Source: an uncultured Bacillales bacterium (GTDB taxonomy: Bacteria > Bacillota_I > Bacilli_A > RF39 > UBA660). Taken from it: DNA of 64,000 bases. Both the position numbers and the translations under genes were made by a program. Where the stretch lies: NCBI GenBank assembly GCA_946611235.1, contig CAMODE010000040.1, forward strand, positions 10,149 to 74,148, given 5' to 3'. The first letter of the stretch is position 1; each line of letters opens with the position of its first letter. Below the pieces are notes generated by a model. It worked only from the letters and a program-made list of their open reading frames with translations, was not told the DNA's origin and ran no database searches. This document shows positions 59,414 through 64,000 of this stretch, piece by piece.

Positions 59414-60310
59414 ATGGAAGAACTATTAAATAAATGTACAATTTGTCCAAGAGAATGCAAAGTAAATAGAAATAAAAACGAATTAGGTTACTGTAAGGCG
59501 TCAAATAAAATAACAATAGGAGGATATCACCTTCATATGTGGGAAGAGCCATCAATAACTGGAGAAAGAGGATCAGGTACTATCTTTTTTTCTTATTGCA
59601 ATTTAAATTGCATATATTGCCAAAACTATGAAATAAGTAGTAGTCATAAAGGTGAAGAAATAAATACTCTTAGATTATCTAGTATAATGTTAGAATTACA
59701 AGATAAGGGAGCAAGTAATATAAACTTAGTAACACCAACTCATTATATTCCTCAGATAAAATCAGCCATAATATTAGCAAAAGAAAAAGGATTAAATATC
59801 CCAATTGTTTATAATACATCTTGTTATGAAAAAGTAGAAAGTTTAAAACTACTTGAAGGTTTAATAGATATATACTTACCTGATTTGAAATATTTCGATA
59901 ATAATTTAGGAAAATATTCCAAAGTTAATAACTATTTTGAAGTTGCAACAGAGGCATTAGAGGAAATGCATAGACAAATAAGTAGTCAAGAATATGATAG
60001 AGAAGGTAATTTAAAAAAAGGGATAATTGTAAGACATTTAATCTTACCAGGTCATATTGAAGATTCAAAAAAAATAATAGAATACTTATATAAAAAGTAT
60101 AAAAATAATATAACATATAGTATAATGAATCAGTATACCCCAATAAGAAAACTAGAATATAATAATCTAAATAGAAGGTTAACAAGGGAAGAATACAACG
60201 ATGTAATCGATTATGCATATAATATTGGAGTAAGAAATTGTTATGTTCAAGATGAAGAAAGTCAAAGCCAGAGTTTTATTCCAGTATTTAAAGGTGATAA
60301 TTGGATATAA
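59414..60310 (+). CDS. Radical SAM protein, PflX-like (putative glycyl-radical-enzyme activase family, COG1313-like)
   Basis: N-terminal CxxCPxxC plus CNLNCIYC radical SAM motif. ~300 aa. Start ATG 59414 preferred over GTG 59405. Confidence 0.65.
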   Translation: MEELLNKCTICPRECKVNRNKNELGYCKASNKITIGGYHLHMWEEPSITGERGSGTIFFSYCNLNCIYCQNYEISSSHKGEEINTLRLSSIMLELQDKGASNINLVTPTHYIPQIKSAIILAKEKGLNIPIVYNTSCYEKVESLKLLEGLIDIYLPDLKYFDNNLGKYSKVNNYFEVATEALEEMHRQISSQEYDREGNLKKGIIVRHLILPGHIEDSKKIIEYLYKKYKNNITYSIMNQYTPIRKLEYNNLNRRLTREEYNDVIDYAYNIGVRNCYVQDEESQSQSFIPVFKGDNWI

Positions 60311-60328
60311 AAAAATTCCAATTTTTCC

Positions 60329-60358
60329 TTGACAATAAAGGTAATTTAGAGGTATAAT
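60329..60358 (+). promoter_or_regulatory. Promoter TTGACA-18-TATAAT for gene 60392
   Basis: TTGACA 60329-60334, TATAAT 60353-60358. Confidence 0.55.
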
Positions 60359-60391
60359 ACTAATACATTTCGCTCAGAATCTAGGGGGTAG

Positions 60392-60817
60392 ATGGGAATG
60401 AAAAATAGTTTTGTAATAGAATATTTAAATGAAAATGAATTTCGAAAAAAAGAGCGTTCAGTAAAAAAGTATAATATGCTTGCTTACAAAAAATTAGCTT
60501 TTGATTTTTATCCATCATTTAGAGATGGTAATTTTAAAGGAGTAGTAACATCTAGAAATACAAAAGATGGTATTACAAAGTATGAATTAAAACTACCAAC
60601 TGATAGAATGTTTGCTAAAGTTCATGGTGATGTCGTTTTACATTACACAGTATATGAAAACCAAAAATTAGTTATGTTAGATACTCTTACACCAGAAGAT
60701 ATTCTTGATGAAGGACATCAAAAAGAATTAGCAACATATAAAGGTGTCATGGTATCAAAAAGTCACTCTGAAAGAGATATGTTTAAAATCAATTTACTTA
60801 ACATGCTTGATAAATAG
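60392..60817 (+). CDS. Hypothetical protein (141 aa), monocistronic
   Basis: Own promoter, RBS GGGGG and terminator. No firm family assignment. Confidence 0.55.
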   Translation: MGMKNSFVIEYLNENEFRKKERSVKKYNMLAYKKLAFDFYPSFRDGNFKGVVTSRNTKDGITKYELKLPTDRMFAKVHGDVVLHYTVYENQKLVMLDTLTPEDILDEGHQKELATYKGVMVSKSHSERDMFKINLLNMLDK

Positions 60818-60846
60818 AAGTTATCTAATTCTTCTATTTTTCTTTT
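60814..60846 (+). terminator. Rho-independent terminator
   Basis: ATAGAAG / CTTCTAT stem plus T-run. Confidence 0.55.
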
Positions 60847-60948
60847 GGTATTATAAATATAAATATGCAAATAATAAATTAATAAACAATAAAAAAATTT
60901 TAGTAAAAAATGTCAAAATATGATATACTATAAATGGATGTGGTAAAG

Positions 60949-62634
60949 ATGAATAAGAGAAGAAAAAAAAGGAAAGTAAATATAGGGAGATTGTTAATAG
61001 TTTCAATAGGCATAATATTATTAGTAGCATTGCTTTTTCTTTTAGTAAAAGGAATAAAAAAAATAGGGATTAATTCCAAAGATATGTATATAGCCTCAAC
61101 ATCAAATTCACTTATTACGTATACATTAGATGAAGAAGATAATATTAAAGAAGCAGAATTTCTTACAAGAGGAACAAAAGTAAAGAGTAGTGGAAAAACA
61201 ATTACTAAAAATGAAATAGAGTATGATGAAATTAAAGTTAAAGAAAAAAAATACTATATAGTAAAAGGCAGTTTAGTTAGCAAGCAAAAAGATGCAGTCT
61301 TGGAAAAAGAAAAATATGTAAGGACGCCTGTCACAATTTACGAAAATGAAAAAGATACAAAAATCAAATCATATGCAAAAAAAGGAAGCAAATTAGATAT
61401 AGTTGGATATGATAGCCTGCAAGATGATGGAACAGTAAATATGTATAATATCAAATATGAAGAAACTGAGGGATGGGTTTTTTCAAAATATTTAGTAGAT
61501 ACGGAAGAAAAAGCCTTAGAAAATTATAATGAAAATTCTGTTTATGATACACATAAAGATAGAAAATATCCTTCAAGAGATTTACATGGTGGAAGTGCCG
61601 CTAATCTAGATTATTATCCATATCAAAAACCAGAATTTGAAGATAATCATTTACTTAAAGAAGCTAAAGCGATGTACTTAAATGCTGGAGTTCTATCAAG
61701 TATCGATAGTTATTTAAATATAGCCAAAAATAATGGAGTAAATGCTATAGTAGTGGATATTAAAGATGGTGCATTAGCTTATCCTTCCGAAGTAGCCAAA
61801 GTAACTTCTCCAACTGCATACGACACATCAATTAATGACCTAGAAGAATATAAAGAAGTAATTAATAAAATAAAAGAAGCTGGTATTTATGCCATAGGCA
61901 GAATAGTAGTATTTAATGATACCCATTATGGAAAAGATCATCCTGATGATTGTATCGTTTCTACTGCTTCAAATCAATTGTGGCCATCTGCTTATTCAAG
62001 AGGAGCATGGGAGTATAATGTAAATTTAGCTATTGAAGCGGTTCAGATATTTGGCTTTAATGAAATCCAATTTGACTATGTAAGATTTCCTGAACAAGCC
62101 TATAATATGTCAGTTTCTGGTAATACCGACTTTAAAAATGTTTATGATGAGGAAAAAGCAGAGGCAATTCAAAATTTCCTTTATTATGCAGCTGACCAAA
62201 TACATAAAACTGGCGCATACCTATCAGTAGATGTATTTGGAGAATGTTCATCGGAATATGTAACTGCATATGGTCAATATTGGCCTGCTATATCAAATAT
62301 TGTCGATGTAGTAAGTTCAATGCCTTATACTGATCATTTTACAAGAACAGTAGATACTTGGTCTAATCCATATAAAACAGTATATAATTGGGCTTTAGGC
62401 GCAGCTAAAAGGCAAACAGAAATACCAACACCAGCTGTGGCTAGAACGTGGATAACAGCCTATAATACACCATTTTGGAATCCAACTGTTACATATGATG
62501 CTAGTAAAATATCTGCTCAAGTAGAAGCACTATATGATGCCGGATTAACAGGAGGATTTATCACATGGAATTCAGCATCAAGTTTAGCCAAGTATGAAGA
62601 AATAAAATCAGCATTTGCAAAGAACTATGAATAG
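60949..62634 (+). CDS. Membrane-anchored DUF4015-type putative glycoside hydrolase (TIM-barrel GH-like)
   Basis: N-terminal basic tail plus TM. C-terminal domain with NAIVVDIKD and GGFITWN blocks typical of DUF4015. Start re-picked at 60949. Confidence 0.55.
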   Translation: MNKRRKKRKVNIGRLLIVSIGIILLVALLFLLVKGIKKIGINSKDMYIASTSNSLITYTLDEEDNIKEAEFLTRGTKVKSSGKTITKNEIEYDEIKVKEKKYYIVKGSLVSKQKDAVLEKEKYVRTPVTIYENEKDTKIKSYAKKGSKLDIVGYDSLQDDGTVNMYNIKYEETEGWVFSKYLVDTEEKALENYNENSVYDTHKDRKYPSRDLHGGSAANLDYYPYQKPEFEDNHLLKEAKAMYLNAGVLSSIDSYLNIAKNNGVNAIVVDIKDGALAYPSEVAKVTSPTAYDTSINDLEEYKEVINKIKEAGIYAIGRIVVFNDTHYGKDHPDDCIVSTASNQLWPSAYSRGAWEYNVNLAIEAVQIFGFNEIQFDYVRFPEQAYNMSVSGNTDFKNVYDEEKAEAIQNFLYYAADQIHKTGAYLSVDVFGECSSEYVTAYGQYWPAISNIVDVVSSMPYTDHFTRTVDTWSNPYKTVYNWALGAAKRQTEIPTPAVARTWITAYNTPFWNPTVTYDASKISAQVEALYDAGLTGGFITWNSASSLAKYEEIKSAFAKNYE

Positions 62635-62643
62635 GAGAAATAT

Positions 62644-62931
62644 ATGAAAATAATTGAGGTAGAAAATAATAAATATGAAATAATAAAAGATTATAAAGAT
62701 GCTTTTGATAAAGAAGAATTTATTAATCACTATACTGACTATTTTTATGACTATGATTATATAGTAGGTGATATAGCCTATGGAAAATTAAGATTGAAAG
62801 GTTTTTATGATTCAAAAAATAAGAAAGTAAAAAGGATTAATAATTATAATGATCTTGATAAATATATAAGCGAAGATTGTGCAACCGACTGTAAATATTT
62901 TATATTAAAGAAGATAGAAGATGAGAAATAA
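62644..62931 (+). CDS. YutD-like protein (DUF1027)
   Basis: Small acidic protein with the YutD-family pattern. RBS AGGAGAAAT. Confidence 0.5.
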   Translation: MKIIEVENNKYEIIKDYKDAFDKEEFINHYTDYFYDYDYIVGDIAYGKLRLKGFYDSKNKKVKRINNYNDLDKYISEDCATDCKYFILKKIEDEK

Positions 62932-62949
62932 AATTTCTCTTTCTTTTTA
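62923..62949 (+). terminator. Rho-independent terminator
   Basis: GAGAAAT / ATTTCTC stem plus T-run. Confidence 0.45.
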
Positions 62950-63100
62950 CTATTTATAATTAACAAACAATTAACGTTTCTAAGTAAATAATTCCAATTA
63001 AGTAGTACGATGAGTAAAAAAATAAAAAAGCAATTGTTGTGATATTGTATATAGCAAGTCATATTTTATTGGCAAAGATGCCTTAAACGAAAGGGGAAAA

Positions 63101-63811
63101 ATGGAAAAATTGGATTTTTACTACAATGGTAGTAGCGATAAAAAAAGAAAGTTAATAACAACGATAAAAAATAGCAAAATTAAATTATCTAATAAAATAT
63201 TAATACTATCTCTAATTGATAGTGGTAACTTAGATAATATGATTAATGAGATAAAGGAAGATAATATTAATATCATTAAAAGCCCATTAGTACCAAAGGG
63301 ATATCTTACAGGATATGAACAATTTATTAGTGTTTTAGATAAATTCATTAGTTATATTTTAAATCTAATAGATAGTCCAGAATTAATAGAAGCAATAATA
63401 ATAAATTGCTTAAAAAATAATAAAATATTATTATCAAGAAAATACGTTTATGATAATGAAAATATAGATTATTATAAAACTAATTATAATCATCTAATTG
63501 TAAATATTTTCTATAATAATCTAATTAAAATGAAAAACGATTTATCCGAAGAATTACATAGAATTAATTTTAATATAGAAAAGGTAGATTTATCTAACAA
63601 TAGTAGTAGCGAAAATTTAGTTAGATTAATAAGTGAAATTGTATTTTTAAATAAAAACGATTATAAATTACTATCATTATTTACAAATATATCAGAAAAA
63701 AAATACAATATCTTTCTAAATTGGTATAAGATGCTATTCTATAAATATATAAATAATTTAGATTTCATAAGTACATATCGTGAATTTAATAAAAGTAATA
63801 ATAACTATTAA
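63101..63811 (+). CDS. Hypothetical protein (236 aa), Asn/Ile-rich, no recognised domain
   Basis: RBS AAAGGGGAAAA. Clean ORF with TAA stop. Confidence 0.5.
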   Translation: MEKLDFYYNGSSDKKRKLITTIKNSKIKLSNKILILSLIDSGNLDNMINEIKEDNINIIKSPLVPKGYLTGYEQFISVLDKFISYILNLIDSPELIEAIIINCLKNNKILLSRKYVYDNENIDYYKTNYNHLIVNIFYNNLIKMKNDLSEELHRINFNIEKVDLSNNSSSENLVRLISEIVFLNKNDYKLLSLFTNISEKKYNIFLNWYKMLFYKYINNLDFISTYREFNKSNNNY

Positions 63812-64000
63812 GGTTATTATTATTTTTTAATGATATTCTTTAATAATTACCTCAAATAGTTCATAAAAAATAATATATCTATATGTTATCCTTTTTATTT
63901 CTAACTGTTGATAGTTAAATAGTCAAGCGTTAAATAAAAGATAAATTAAAAGCAAATCCTTATTTTATAAGAATTTGCTTAACTTCTAAATGGTGCCTCG

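Noticed and set aside
822-63348. All minus-strand ORFs in the six-frame track (e.g. 822-1055, 16007-16267, 22429-22845, 34938-35378, 59034-59555, 63121-63348)
   Set aside because: Each lies entirely inside a well-supported + strand gene, and none has an RBS. They have Leu/Phe/Ile-rich low-complexity composition typical of antisense frames in AT-rich DNA.
1-64000. Search for CRISPR arrays, rRNA or tRNA genes, integrases, transposases or prophage blocks
   Set aside because: No regularly spaced direct repeats, no GC-rich ~75-nt cloverleaf candidates, no recombinase or transposase-like ORFs. The only mobile-element signatures are the small MITE-like element at 39456-39652 and the frameshifted gene remnant.

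Overview
The window is very AT-rich (about 25-28% GC), low-GC Gram-positive (Firmicutes-like) chromosomal DNA. I can support about 55 protein genes, all on the + strand, and no rRNA, tRNA, CRISPR array, integrase or transposase. Several annotated coordinates use start codons re-picked by hand from ribosome-binding-site (RBS) spacing rather than the ORF-track starts.

Housekeeping genes I recognise:
- a U32 peptidase (5' partial)
- thrS behind a Thr-specific T-box leader
- cca, dnaD and nth (Bacillus-like dnaD-nth synteny)
- asnB, an MtaB-type methylthiotransferase, and a heterodimeric ABC exporter pair
- gpmI, pdp and a single-chain glyQS

Accessory content:
- 1933-5683: a promoter-to-leader bounded operon of three uncharacterised proteins (two large Lys/Glu-rich coiled-coil proteins plus a 98-aa protein), wedged between the U32 peptidase and thrS. 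This is the best candidate for an undescribed system.
- 20151-24328: a frameshifted small gene and a GC-rich island bounded by inverted repeats, followed by an acyl-CoA ligase paired with an E2-catalytic-domain-like acyltransferase whose catalytic His appears replaced by Glu, plus a membrane-anchored protein.
- 26030-55573: a roughly 29-kb cell-wall glycopolymer (teichuronic/teichoic-like) biosynthesis locus. It includes TagO/MnaA/TagA-like linkage-unit enzymes, an LCP ligase, two Wzx flippases, an EpsG polymerase, Ugd with a TupA-like ATP-grasp amidoligase, a LicD-GT4 fusion, a Wzy-like/GT4 fusion, a sulfotransferase-like protein and an ArnC/ArnE/ArnT-like decoration module.
- 39456-39652: a 177-bp element with 17-bp terminal inverted repeats and a perfect 10-bp flanking direct repeat (MITE-like), inserted between a stop codon and its terminator.
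- 58420-60310: a membrane-anchored LnuA-like nucleotidyltransferase next to a PflX-type radical SAM enzyme.
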